From an uncultured Verrucomicrobiota bacterium (GTDB taxonomy: Bacteria > Verrucomicrobiota > Verrucomicrobiia > Limisphaerales > CAZFVY01): a DNA stretch of 64,000 nucleotides. Position 1 is the stretch's first letter; every line of letters starts with the position of its first letter. Where the stretch lies: contig CAZFVY010000011.1 of assembly GCA_964522665.1 (NCBI GenBank), forward strand, positions 9,564 to 73,563. The letters run 5' to 3'. Below, in pieces: positions 47,808 to 57,765 of the stretch. The notes beneath the pieces were generated by a model. The model was not told the origin of the DNA and did not search any database. It worked only from the letters and a program-made list of their open reading frames with translations. Made by a program: the position numbers and the translations under genes.

Positions 47808-50372
47808 ATGCCGAACGCTTTCATGTTTTCTCGGATCACGTTTCGCCAATTGGCCGTCCTGACGGTTGCCGGATTTGCCGGAGTGTTCATGGCTGACTCA
47901 CGCCCGGCGAAAGCGGGTGAGGCCAGCGCTCACGAGGCCGCGTTGACCGAACTCCAAATCCATGCCCAACCCGCCGCCAGCAAAAGCGAAGGCGACGGGA
48001 TGCATTTCCGCGGCGGGGATGAGCGGCAACAACTCCTGGTAACCGCTAAGTTTAGTGACGGGAAGGTCCGTGATTACACGAAAAAAGTGACTTACCTGGC
48101 GGCGAACGCTCGCGTGGTTGACGTCGGCGCGGGTGGCGTGGTGTCGGCGCGGTCAGATGGGGCGACCACGATCACCGTCCGGAGTCCCGAGGGGATAAGC
48201 GCCTCGACGGGCGTCACGGTCGAGAATTCCAAACTGGTTCCCCCGATCAACTTTCCCAATCAGATTGTGCCGATTTTCACGAAACTCGGTTGTAATGCGG
48301 GCGGCTGTCACGGCAAGTCGAGCGGGCAAAACGGTTTTCGGCTGTCGCTGCTGGGCTTTGAACCGACCGAGGACTACGAGCACCTGACGCGTGAAGCGCG
48401 CGGTCGGCGGCTGTTCCCGGCGGCGCCGGCCCAGAGTTTGCTGCTCTTAAAAGCGACGGCGACGCTGCCGCACGGTGGGGGGCATCGGTTGGACGTGGAC
48501 TCCGATGATTATAAAAAACTCTATCGATGGATTGCCCAAGGGATGCCGTATGGCAAGACGAACGATCCGACGGTGGCGCGAATCGAGGTCTATCCGGACC
48601 AACGCACCCTTCAACGAAATGACGAACAACAATTGGCGGTCACGGCCTACTATACGGATGGCTCGACCGAAGACGTAACCTGCTCGGCGCTGTACGAGCC
48701 GAACGACAAAGAGATGGCCAAAGCGGAGGCGACTGGGTTGGTCAAGGTATTCGAGCAGCCGGGTGACGTGGCGGTGATGATTCGCTATCAGGCCAAAGTG
48801 GCGGTCTTTCGCGCCACGGTGCCGCTCGGCGCTCCCGTCGGCGCTCTACCCGCACCGCGAAACTTCGTGGACGAATTGGTCTTCAAGAAATTGCAGGCGC
48901 TCGGCTTGCCGCCGTCGGGTGATTGCGATGACGCGACGTTTTTGCGCCGCGCCTGCGTTGATATCGCCGGGCGGCTGCCGACCCCCGACGAGGCGCAGCG
49001 GTTCCTGGCCGACACGAATCCGGCGAAACGCGATCGCTGGGTAGATTCGCTCCTCGAAGGCACTGACTACGCGGATTATTTCGCCAACAAATGGAGTTTG
49101 TTGCTGCGCAATCGTCGAACGACCGGCATGCAGGCGCGCGGGAGTTTTGCGTTCCACGAGTGGATTCGCGATAGTTTAATGGCGAACAAGCCCTACGACC
49201 AGTTCGTGCGGGAAATTCTCACGGCCTCAGGGGACGTGACGCATGCGCCGCCGGTGGTTTGGTATCGGCAAGTACGCGATCCGAGCGCCGAGCTGGAGGA
49301 TTGCGCGCAATTGTTCCTGGGGATGCGTCTGCAGTGCGCGCAATGCCACCATCATCCGTTTGAAAAATGGAGCCAGCAGGATTATTACAGCTTCTCAGCG
49401 TTCTTCTCGCGAGTCGGTCGCAAGAACGGATCTCAGCCGGGGGAAGAGGTAATCTTTCATCGTCGCGGCTCGGCGCAGGCGCTCAACAAGAAGACCAAGC
49501 AGAACGTCAAACCGGCGGGCTTGGGCGGCCCGATCCTGGATATTCCGAATGATGAGGACCCACGCGAGGCGTTGGTGGATTGGATGGCGGCCAAGGATAA
49601 TCGGTTCTTTGCGCGCGCCTTCGTCAATCGGTACTGGAAGCATTTTTTCAACCGCGGATTGGTTGATCCCGAGGACGATATGCGGGAGACCAATCCGGCG
49701 AGTAATCCGGAGCTTTTGGACGCGCTGGCTCAACATTTCGTCGCCAGCCGTTTCGACATGAAGGATTTGATTCGGACGATCTGCCAGTCGCGCGTCTATC
49801 AACTCAGCTCGACGCCGAATCAGTACAACGCGCAAGACAAGCAGAACTTTTCCCGGTATTACCCGAAGCGGCTCGGCGCCGAGGTGCTCTACGACGCGTT
49901 GGACACGGTAACCCGGTCGCAAGGTCACTTTGAAGGGGTGCCTGTCGATCTCCGCGCGGTCCAGTTGCCAGACAACAGTTTCAACGAGAAATCTTATTTT
50001 TTGACAGTTTTCGGTCGGCCAGACGCGTCCAGCGCGTGTGAGTGTGAACGATCGGGCGACGCGAGCCTGGCGCAATGCCTGCACTTGCTCAATTCGAAGG
50101 AAGTGGCCGAAAAGTTGACTTCGGATTCCGGTGAGGCCGCGCTATTGGCGGAGGACAAGACCGAGCCGGATGAAAAGAAGATCCGTGACCTTTACTATCT
50201 CGCCTTCTCGCGCGGCCCGGCGCCGGAGGAGCTTTCGTTTGCGCGGAGCTTCGTCGAGAAGAAGGCTAAATCAGCGAAGGAAGCGAAGGATGTCCCGACT
50301 GTGCGTCGCCAAGCCTACGAGGATATGATCTGGGCCTTGGTCAATACCAAGGAATTCCTCTTTAATCATTAG
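47808..50372 (+). CDS. DUF1549/DUF1553 (PSD1/PSCyt2-type) protein with Ig-like domains and heme-type motifs
   Basis: CNAGGCHG, NGFRLSL, FLRRACVDIAGRLPT, CAQCHHHPFEKW, VNRYWKHFFNRGLV, NPELLD, FGRP...CECER, FLFNH. Confidence 0.92.
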   Translation: MPNAFMFSRITFRQLAVLTVAGFAGVFMADSRPAKAGEASAHEAALTELQIHAQPAASKSEGDGMHFRGGDERQQLLVTAKFSDGKVRDYTKKVTYLAANARVVDVGAGGVVSARSDGATTITVRSPEGISASTGVTVENSKLVPPINFPNQIVPIFTKLGCNAGGCHGKSSGQNGFRLSLLGFEPTEDYEHLTREARGRRLFPAAPAQSLLLLKATATLPHGGGHRLDVDSDDYKKLYRWIAQGMPYGKTNDPTVARIEVYPDQRTLQRNDEQQLAVTAYYTDGSTEDVTCSALYEPNDKEMAKAEATGLVKVFEQPGDVAVMIRYQAKVAVFRATVPLGAPVGALPAPRNFVDELVFKKLQALGLPPSGDCDDATFLRRACVDIAGRLPTPDEAQRFLADTNPAKRDRWVDSLLEGTDYADYFANKWSLLLRNRRTTGMQARGSFAFHEWIRDSLMANKPYDQFVREILTASGDVTHAPPVVWYRQVRDPSAELEDCAQLFLGMRLQCAQCHHHPFEKWSQQDYYSFSAFFSRVGRKNGSQPGEEVIFHRRGSAQALNKKTKQNVKPAGLGGPILDIPNDEDPREALVDWMAAKDNRFFARAFVNRYWKHFFNRGLVDPEDDMRETNPASNPELLDALAQHFVASRFDMKDLIRTICQSRVYQLSSTPNQYNAQDKQNFSRYYPKRLGAEVLYDALDTVTRSQGHFEGVPVDLRAVQLPDNSFNEKSYFLTVFGRPDASSACECERSGDASLAQCLHLLNSKEVAEKLTSDSGEAALLAEDKTEPDEKKIRDLYYLAFSRGPAPEELSFARSFVEKKAKSAKEAKDVPTVRRQAYEDMIWALVNTKEFLFNH

Positions 50373-50501
50373 CAGGCTTTCCTTGGCTTCTTTGCGGGAT
50401 CACCACGGGGCGCCTCGGCGTCGGCTCGGCGTCGAGGCCGCGATGAATTCACTCGGGGCCGTCGTCGTCGCAGAGGTCCGAACCCGCGTAACCTAGACAG
50501 A

Positions 50502-53500
50502 ATGTTCGCCAGCTTTTCATTTCGACGCCCCGGCCGCGTTCGTCGGATCCTGGCGGGGGTGGCGCTTTTCGCTCCGTTGGCGCTCGGTTGGTTAGCATTG
50601 GCGGAGCTGCCCGCCGCGCGGATCACGAGCGTTTTCCCGGCGGGTGGCAAGGTGGGTTCGACGTTTACGGTGAACGTCGTTGGTTCCGATCTTGACGACG
50701 GGTCGGCGATTTATTTTTCGCAGGCCGGCATTACCGCGGTTCCCAAAATGAAGCGGGCCGTCGGATTGGACGCGCCGCAACCCGAGCCGAACACGTTTGT
50801 CGTCACGATCGCGACCAATGTCGCCCCGGGAGTTTATGACGCGAGAGTGGTGGGCCGCTTCGGGGTCTCGAATCCGCGCGGCTTTGAGGTTTCCGAAATG
50901 CCCGAGGTCCTCGCGCCCAACGTAAACGTTCGACCGGGCGCGGTCTTTTCCATTCCGCTCGACAACGTGGTGAACGGGCACGCGGTCGCGAACAATGACC
51001 AGTACTTTCGGTTTGAGGCCAAAGCCGGCCAACGCATTCTGCTGGAGTGCGGCGCCGCGGATCTTGATTCGCGCCTGGACCCAAGCCTCGTGATTCTCGA
51101 CGCGAACGGCCGCGAATTGGGTCATAACCTCCCTGGTGAACCGCTCGATTTTAGGGCGCCGTCCGAGGGACGATATACGCTCAAACTCCACGATTTCGTT
51201 TACCAGGGCGGTGACGACTACTTTTACCGGCTGCGACTCTCGACCGGTCCGCACCTTGATTTTATCGTCCCGTCGGCGGGACTGCCGGGCAGCAAGGGGA
51301 GTTACGTGATTTACGGGCGGAATCTTCCCGAAGGCAAGTTGGCGGAGGAAATGACCGTGGACGGCAAGGCGCTCGAAAAGATGACGGTCGATATCGAGCT
51401 GCCGAAAACGCCGCCGCACAGTCAATCACTGCCCGCGGCGCTTCTGCGGCCATCCGGCGCGGTCGTCGAGGGTGTGGAGTATCGGCTGCGCGCGCCTGGG
51501 CGAGCCTCAAACCCGGTCTGGATCTCGTTCGCGACGGCGCCGGTGGTGGTCGAGCAAGCTCCGAACGATCAACCCGAGACCGCGCAAGCTCTCACGCCGC
51601 CGTGTGAGTTCGTGGGACGCTTTTATCCGCACGGGGACTTGGATTGGGTGACGTTTCCCGCTAAGGCGGGCGACTATTGGCTGGAAATCTTCTCCCAGCG
51701 GCTCGGCTGGCCGAGCAAACCATTTGTCATCGCCGAAAGGATTGTCAAAAAGCCTGATGGAAAAGAGCGGGCGACGGACACGCGAGAATTCGCGGAGAGT
51801 GACGCAAACATTGGCGGCGTCGATTTTAACGCCGCCGGCTATGATCCGTCGGATCGCCTGCGCGTTGGCGAGGACGGACAATACCGTTTGCGGATCGGCG
51901 ACCTGTTCAATGCCGCGTCCAGTGATCCGCGGCTGGGGTATCGTTTGCTGATCCACCGGGAAACGCCGGATTTTCGTTTAGTGGCGATGCCCATGTTGCC
52001 GCCTCCGGCGAACGCCGACGCGCGCGACATTCCGGTCGTTGGTTCGTTGCTCCGCAGGCGAGGGACGCTCGCGCTGAAAGTCGTGGCCTTTCGACGGGAA
52101 AACTTCGCGGGTGATATTCAGTTGAACGTCGAGAACTTGCCGCCCGGCGTGAAGTGCGTTGAGGGAATGATTTGGTCCGGGGTCAGCACCGGAATGGTCA
52201 CGCTCGTCGCGAGCGACACCGTATCCAATTGGGTTGGCCCGATCCGGCTGGTGGGCCGCGCGAAGATCGGCGCCGAGGAGGTTGTCCGGGTCGCGCGGGG
52301 AGGCATGCTGAGTTGGGACGTCAAAAATTACAATGAAGAGCCGGTGCCCGCGCGATTGACGCGTGAACTCGTGATCGCCGTCAGCAGAGTGGAAGAGGCG
52401 CCCGTGACCGTCACGAGTTCAGAGGAGCACGCTTGGGAAACCTCACTCGGCGGGAAATTAAGCATTCCGCTGAAGATTGTCCGTCGAGGTGACTTTCACA
52501 CCGCGATCAAACTGAGACCGTTGAATGTCCCGGCTTTGGCCCCAATGAAGGAGATAGAATTGGACGGGCAAGCGACTAATGGCCGAGTGGAAATTGATTT
52601 GACGCAATACAAACTGCCGGTCGGCTCGTACTCGTTCGCGCTCGAGGGGCGAACCCAGGGCAAGTATCGGAACAATCCGGAAGGGGTAAAGGCGGCCGAC
52701 GATGCGGTCAAACTCGCCGAGGCTCGCGTTACGGAACTGACCGCGGCAGCCAAGGCCGCGACCGAAAAACTTCAGGCGGCCCGCAAGAGTCTCCCGGCGT
52801 CGGAGGAGGCCGCGAAGCGCGGCGTCGAAGCTTTGGCCAGCGCGGTAAAAACGGCTGACGACGCGCAAGCTGGCGCCAAGGCCGCGGACGAAAAACTTGC
52901 CGAAGCGAAGACAAAAGCCGACGCGGCGCCTGACAAGGCGGAGCTGGCGACCGCGAAGTCTGAGGCCGAGAAGGAGGCCGCGTCCGCCCGCGCGAAAGCG
53001 TCGGGCGCGGCGGACGACCGCGCGGCGGCGCAGCGTTCGGCTGACGAGGCGAGCAGTCGCGCCCAGGCGGAACGCGAGGCGGTGGCCCTGGCCGAGAAGG
53101 CCGTGGCGGATACCGCGGCTAATTTGAAGGCCGCCAACCAACTGAAGGAGACGCTGGCGGCCCGGGCCAAAGAGGCGGCCAAACGGGCTGAACCCAAGGA
53201 TGTCAGCGTGACTTTTTATTCGGAGCCGATCACGGTGAAGATCTCGGCGGCTCCCATAACCTTGCTGGCGTCTGGCGCTCCCGAGTCGGTTCGAGCGGGC
53301 GAGAAGATTGAAATACCAGTCAGCGTCGAGCGGCTCTATGAGTTTAAGGATCAAGTCGAGATCAGCCTGATGGCGCCCAAAGACGTGAACGGCGTCGTGG
53401 CGCCGAAGCTGCTTCTGGCGAAGGAGCAGAAGCAGAGCAAATTGATCCTCGAAGCCGCGCCGAATGCGACCCTCGGCGCCCACACCTTCACGTTACGGGC

Positions 53501-53585
53501 AACGATGAAGTTCAACGATCAATCCCTGCAATTGGAGCAGCCGATTACGGTGAAGGTCGCCGCGGCGGCTTCGCCCGCGCACTGA
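50502..53585 (+). CDS. PPC (pre-peptidase C-terminal)-repeat exported protein with an Ala/Lys/Glu coiled-coil insert
   Basis: SVFPAGGKVG, GRFGVSNPR, YFRFEAKAG, SRLDP, GDDYFYRL, EQAPND, GDLDW. No subtilase catalytic motifs seen. Confidence 0.85.
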   Translation: MFASFSFRRPGRVRRILAGVALFAPLALGWLALAELPAARITSVFPAGGKVGSTFTVNVVGSDLDDGSAIYFSQAGITAVPKMKRAVGLDAPQPEPNTFVVTIATNVAPGVYDARVVGRFGVSNPRGFEVSEMPEVLAPNVNVRPGAVFSIPLDNVVNGHAVANNDQYFRFEAKAGQRILLECGAADLDSRLDPSLVILDANGRELGHNLPGEPLDFRAPSEGRYTLKLHDFVYQGGDDYFYRLRLSTGPHLDFIVPSAGLPGSKGSYVIYGRNLPEGKLAEEMTVDGKALEKMTVDIELPKTPPHSQSLPAALLRPSGAVVEGVEYRLRAPGRASNPVWISFATAPVVVEQAPNDQPETAQALTPPCEFVGRFYPHGDLDWVTFPAKAGDYWLEIFSQRLGWPSKPFVIAERIVKKPDGKERATDTREFAESDANIGGVDFNAAGYDPSDRLRVGEDGQYRLRIGDLFNAASSDPRLGYRLLIHRETPDFRLVAMPMLPPPANADARDIPVVGSLLRRRGTLALKVVAFRRENFAGDIQLNVENLPPGVKCVEGMIWSGVSTGMVTLVASDTVSNWVGPIRLVGRAKIGAEEVVRVARGGMLSWDVKNYNEEPVPARLTRELVIAVSRVEEAPVTVTSSEEHAWETSLGGKLSIPLKIVRRGDFHTAIKLRPLNVPALAPMKEIELDGQATNGRVEIDLTQYKLPVGSYSFALEGRTQGKYRNNPEGVKAADDAVKLAEARVTELTAAAKAATEKLQAARKSLPASEEAAKRGVEALASAVKTADDAQAGAKAADEKLAEAKTKADAAPDKAELATAKSEAEKEAASARAKASGAADDRAAAQRSADEASSRAQAEREAVALAEKAVADTAANLKAANQLKETLAARAKEAAKRAEPKDVSVTFYSEPITVKISAAPITLLASGAPESVRAGEKIEIPVSVERLYEFKDQVEISLMAPKDVNGVVAPKLLLAKEQKQSKLILEAAPNATLGAHTFTLRATMKFNDQSLQLEQPITVKVAAAASPAH

Positions 53586-53591
53586 GGGCCG

Positions 53592-56486
53592 ATGCGAACG
53601 TTGAAATTTTCCCAGGTTTTGAGCCGCCTGACTTGGCGTTGGCTGTTCCTGTTGGCGCTAATACCACTGGCGGCGGCCCCGGCTGCCGAAGATGAATCAG
53701 GCGGCTCGAAGGCAATCCCGATCGCGACGGTGAATCATCCCGCCAGAGTTGATTTTTCGACCGAGATTCTCCCGGTTCTTAAGCGAAATTGCCTGGCCTG
53801 TCACAACGCGAATGACGCGAAAGCCAATCTGGTCCTCGAATCGCCGAACACCATATTGAAAGGAGGCGAAGACGGCGTGGTCGTCAAACCGGGGAAAAGC
53901 GCGGAGAGTTTGCTACTGCGGGTCGCCTCCCGCCAGGAACGCCCGTACATGCCGCCGCTGAAAAATAAAGTCGAGGCGAGCGCCTTGTCGTCGGACGAGT
54001 TGGGCTTGCTCAGGCTCTGGATCGACCAAGGCGCGACGGGTGGCGTTCAGGTCGCCGCGGCGCCGTTGGATTGGCGCCCGCTGCCGGAACAGCTGAACCC
54101 GATTCTATCACTGGCGTTGACTTCGGATGGCCAGTTTGCGGCGTGCTCACGGGGCAATCAGATTTTCGTTTACCACATCCCCTCTCGCCAGTTGGCGGCG
54201 CATTTGGTGGACCCGAGCCTCGCGGCGCTGGCCGGCTACGGCTCCGATCCGGCCGCGCACCGCGACCTGGTGCAATCACTGGCGTTCAGTCCCGACGGAG
54301 ATCGCCTGGCGTCCGCCGGATTTCGGGAGGTGAAACTGTGGCGTCATCTGCAGGAGAAACCGCGCCTCATCCAGGCGCCGTCCGCCGACCCCGTCAATTC
54401 GGCGTTGGCGGTAAGCCCGGATGGCCGGTGGCTGGCTTTGGGTGATTCGTCGGGCCGCATCCAGCTGCGCGGCGTGGCGGACGGCAGGGTGGCGCGGCGC
54501 CTCTCAAGTCCGCGCGGAGCCATTATTAATCTGAAGTTTTCGCCGGACGGGATGCGACTCGGCGCCGCCTCGAGCGACCGAGTCTTGCGCGTCTGGAACG
54601 TGCCGTCCGGCGACCTCGTGGTGGAGACTGCGTTAACCAATGGCGGCGCCTGGAGTTGTGTTGGACCCGCGATTGCAGGTACCGGGCCCGGCCGTTCAAT
54701 TCGCGTCTGGGAATTGCCAACCCACCCGAAAGACGTCCCGCGCGAGCTGGTATCCTTCGCCTGGACCAACGGGCCGCTTCTTTCGTTGGAAAGTTCCAGC
54801 GGAATCTCGAATCGCCTCGTGGTGGCCGGGGCGGACGGCGGTATCGAAATCTGGGATACCGCCAAAGGCGCGCCGGCGCGAAGATTTAATCACGGCGGGC
54901 CGATTCGCGCTCTGGCCGCCCGACCCGACGGCAAGCGAATCGCCTCCATCGGCACGAACCAGATCGTTAAACTTTGGGACGCGCAAAGCGGCAAACTGCT
55001 CGCCGAGGTCAAGGGCGGTCGTGAGACGCAATTCCGCCTCTCGAACCGGGAACGCGCGGCGACGCTGGCCAACGCCGAGGTCGATTTCCAAAAGGAGGAA
55101 CTCCATTCCGCCGAGACGAATCGGACGGCGCAGGCGGACGCGCTGAAGAAAGCCGGCGAGGCGAAGGACGCGGCGGAAAAAAAACTGGCTGACGCGAACC
55201 GGGAACTGGCCGCGGCGCGCGCCGTGAACGCGGACGCCGAAAAGGCCCTGGCAGCGCTGCCACCCAAGCCAGCCGCCGATGAGGAAAAGTCACGGAAACA
55301 AAAACGGGACACGGCCGTTTCCGAGGTTAAACGATTGGAAAAAGCCCTCAAAGATGCCGAGACGGCGGCGGCCAAGCCATTGGACACCTTTAAACTCACG
55401 GAGCAGGAGGTCGCGCATGCCGAGGCCGCGGTAGTCGCCGCGCAAGCCGCGCTTGGCCGCGCGCGCGCCGCGACCGTTCGATCGCAGTTAGATCTGCAAA
55501 TGGCGCGAATCGCGGCGGCCGACGCGGAAAGGAACGTTCGCGCGGTGGCGTTTTCGCCCGACAATCAGGTTCTGGCGACCGCAGGAGACGATTCTCTGAT
55601 CCATACTTGGAGCGCCGATAACGGCTCGGCGTACGAAACCTATCAAAGTTCATCCAGCCCGGTCACCACCTTGGCGTTTGTTGGCGCGCGCGGCCTGGTA
55701 TCACGAGGTTCGTCTCCGGGGGTCGCGGTGTGGGATTTGCGCGACGCCTGGAGGCTCGAGCGGGTAATCGGGACGGGCGACGGCGCCTCCCCGCTGGTGG
55801 ATCGGGTCAACGCGTTGGCCTTCAGTCCCGATGGCCGCACGCTGGCGACCGGCGGCGGAGAACCGTCGCGCAGCGGAGAGATCAAACTTTGGGACGCGTT
55901 CACGGGAACGATGACCAGAGAACTGACCAACGCGCATAGCGATACGGTATTCGGCCTCGCGTTTTCGCCGGACGGTCAGTTCCTTGCGTCCTGCGGCGCC
56001 GATAAAATGATGAAAGTGTTTGATTTATCGAACGGCAAACTAAAACGCACCTTTGAAGGTCACACGCACCACGTTCTCGCGGTTGGCTGGAAGCCGAGCG
56101 GGCGAACGTTGGTGACCGGTGGGGCCGACGCGGTCATCAAGGTATGGGATTTCGGGACGGGCGAGCGGAAGAAGACGATCGAAGGCTTTGCGAAGGAAGT
56201 GACCGCGATTGCTTTTGCCGGGCTGGACGACCAATTTGTCGCGGCTTCCGGTGACGCGCAAGTAAAGTTGATTTCGATCAAGGGCGATACCGTGCGTTCG
56301 TTCGGAGGCGCCGCGGATTTCGTTTACGGCGCGGCGACGACCCCGGACGGAAAGCTGGTGATTGCCGGCGGGCAAGACGGCGTGTTGCGCGTGTGGGACG
56401 GGCAAAGCGGGCAGGCGCTGGCGAGTTTTAGCGCCGAACGACCCGCGAAAACGCGGTCAGCGGCGGTCACCACAACCCAACCCTGA
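53592..56486 (+). CDS. Planctomycete cytochrome c domain plus WD40 repeats with a coiled-coil insert
   Basis: VDFSTEILPVLKRNCLACHN, MPP, WIDQGA; many FSPDG...LAT...IKLWD repeats. Confidence 0.92.
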   Translation: MRTLKFSQVLSRLTWRWLFLLALIPLAAAPAAEDESGGSKAIPIATVNHPARVDFSTEILPVLKRNCLACHNANDAKANLVLESPNTILKGGEDGVVVKPGKSAESLLLRVASRQERPYMPPLKNKVEASALSSDELGLLRLWIDQGATGGVQVAAAPLDWRPLPEQLNPILSLALTSDGQFAACSRGNQIFVYHIPSRQLAAHLVDPSLAALAGYGSDPAAHRDLVQSLAFSPDGDRLASAGFREVKLWRHLQEKPRLIQAPSADPVNSALAVSPDGRWLALGDSSGRIQLRGVADGRVARRLSSPRGAIINLKFSPDGMRLGAASSDRVLRVWNVPSGDLVVETALTNGGAWSCVGPAIAGTGPGRSIRVWELPTHPKDVPRELVSFAWTNGPLLSLESSSGISNRLVVAGADGGIEIWDTAKGAPARRFNHGGPIRALAARPDGKRIASIGTNQIVKLWDAQSGKLLAEVKGGRETQFRLSNRERAATLANAEVDFQKEELHSAETNRTAQADALKKAGEAKDAAEKKLADANRELAAARAVNADAEKALAALPPKPAADEEKSRKQKRDTAVSEVKRLEKALKDAETAAAKPLDTFKLTEQEVAHAEAAVVAAQAALGRARAATVRSQLDLQMARIAAADAERNVRAVAFSPDNQVLATAGDDSLIHTWSADNGSAYETYQSSSSPVTTLAFVGARGLVSRGSSPGVAVWDLRDAWRLERVIGTGDGASPLVDRVNALAFSPDGRTLATGGGEPSRSGEIKLWDAFTGTMTRELTNAHSDTVFGLAFSPDGQFLASCGADKMMKVFDLSNGKLKRTFEGHTHHVLAVGWKPSGRTLVTGGADAVIKVWDFGTGERKKTIEGFAKEVTAIAFAGLDDQFVAASGDAQVKLISIKGDTVRSFGGAADFVYGAATTPDGKLVIAGGQDGVLRVWDGQSGQALASFSAERPAKTRSAAVTTTQP

Positions 56487-56632
56487 GACCCGGAGGCGCT
56501 TCGCCGAACGATGCGAAAATGAGCGCTTGAATCTCACGAATCGGGCTTGACCGTCGGCGCGACACGAATCAGTTTTGAGGCAACTTGACCAGTAATCCCG
56601 CTCGGTCAAAAACCAGAAACGGAACCCGTTGT

Positions 56633-56896
56633 ATGGCAAAACAAAAAGTCACCTTCTCACTCCTGGCTCCAGAGGCGCAGACCGTCGCGCTGGCGGGCGA
56701 CTTTACGAGTTGGCAAGCCGAACCGCTAAGCCTCAAAAAACAGAAGAGTGGCGTTTGGAAAATCGCGGTGCCGTTGCCGCCGGGAAGCTATCAATACCGC
56801 TTTCTGGTCGATGGCAAGTGGTGCGATGACCCCGAGTGTGTTCAGCGTGCCCCAAATCCGTTCGGAGACCAAAACTGCGTGCGAGTCGTCGCGTGA
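56633..56896 (+). CDS. Stand-alone glycogen-binding (CBM48/AMPK-type) domain protein
   Basis: VALAGDFTSW, GVW...LPPGSYQYRFLVDGKW, NPFG. Confidence 0.9.
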   Translation: MAKQKVTFSLLAPEAQTVALAGDFTSWQAEPLSLKKQKSGVWKIAVPLPPGSYQYRFLVDGKWCDDPECVQRAPNPFGDQNCVRVVA

Positions 56897-56909
56897 AGGG
56901 GCCCCGATT

Positions 56910-57047
56910 TCAACTTCCGGCCAGCGCTTTTTCCCGCTCGATCAGGGTTGGGTGTGAGTAGAAGAATCCACTGTAAAGCGGATGAGGCTTGTGGTTATTC
57001 GAATCCAGCAGCAGGGAGGTCGCGACGACAGTGAACCCGTGGTTCAT
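56910..57047 (-). pseudogene. C-terminal remnant of an M48 (Ste24-type) metallopeptidase
   Basis: Below the ORF-track cutoff. Manual translation MNHGFTVVATSLLLDSNNHKPHPLYSGFFYSHPTLIEREKALAGS*; PHPLY..F.YSHP...ER..AL is the Ste24 C-terminal signature; no HEXXH region upstream. Confidence 0.7.
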
Positions 57048-57184
57048 GCCAGCGTCTTGCTCCCATGCGCCGCGATTGGGCGCCAGCCACGACGGGACGC
57101 CCGAAGGTTCAAGACGATGTTACGGCCTCCAAACGCTTCGAGAGTCACAGGCGGGGCGTAACGCGAAGGCGTTAATCGCTCAAA

Positions 57185-57391
57185 TCAAAAATCAGAGTTT
57201 TGTCGCTTTGAACCGAAAAGGCGGCCTGCCTTCCGCGTTGCGCGAATGAATGAAACGCCGACGTCGAACCAAGCCAGCCAGCGTTGGCAGCGGCGGAATT
57301 GTGGCTCGAGAATTTCCCGATTCGCCTGGCTCTGGGCCAGCAACGCCCGCTTGCGATCCTGAACTCGTATCAGGGGTCGATCTTTAAACAT
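57185..57391 (-). CDS. YqjK-like small protein
   Basis: MFKDRPLIRVQDRKRALLAQSQANREIL...; third gene of the elaB-yqjE operon; overlaps yqjE. Confidence 0.55.
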   Translation of the reverse strand: MFKDRPLIRVQDRKRALLAQSQANREILEPQFRRCQRWLAWFDVGVSFIRATRKAGRLFGSKRQNSDF

Positions 57392-57756
57392 GCGCGGTCC
57401 TTTTTCAGCTCCCCGAGGGTGCCGGCAAACGCGCTGCGATCTTTCAGGCGCTTTCGCAATCCTCGCCAGGCGGCGATGGTTCCGGAAAAATAAACGACGC
57501 TCAAACAGAGCAGCGCGGCCAGACGTCCGTTCTCCCAGAATAATACGACCACCGTGAACGTGATAAGCGCCAGCGACGCCGCGGCCAGCCCGGCAAAAGT
57601 GGCGGCGACGAGAATGGTCTCTACCAGTTTGCATTTCTCCTCCTGGACTTCGACGCCGAATAATTCGACCCGATTCTGCGCGGTGGCGAGCACGAGGTCG
57701 AGAACCCGACTCACCGCGCGCCATGCGCCGCTTCCCGATTCCGCGGGTTCACCCAT
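57370..57756 (-). CDS. YqjE / 'phage holin family' membrane protein
   Basis: NRVELFGVEVQEEK, two TM segments, FAGTLGELKKDRACL. Confidence 0.85.
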   Translation of the reverse strand: MGEPAESGSGAWRAVSRVLDLVLATAQNRVELFGVEVQEEKCKLVETILVAATFAGLAAASLALITFTVVVLFWENGRLAALLCLSVVYFSGTIAAWRGLRKRLKDRSAFAGTLGELKKDRACLKIDP

Positions 57757-57765
57757 ACGACGCAA

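Noticed and set aside
50502-53585. Subtilase-type serine protease or Smc/TolA homolog
   Set aside because: No catalytic D/H/S motifs, Walker motifs or TolA C-domain; the similarity would come only from PPC repeats and low-complexity helices.
57370-57756. Phage holin / prophage
   Set aside because: It is the YqjE member of the cellular elaB-yqjE-yqjK arrangement; no phage genes nearby.
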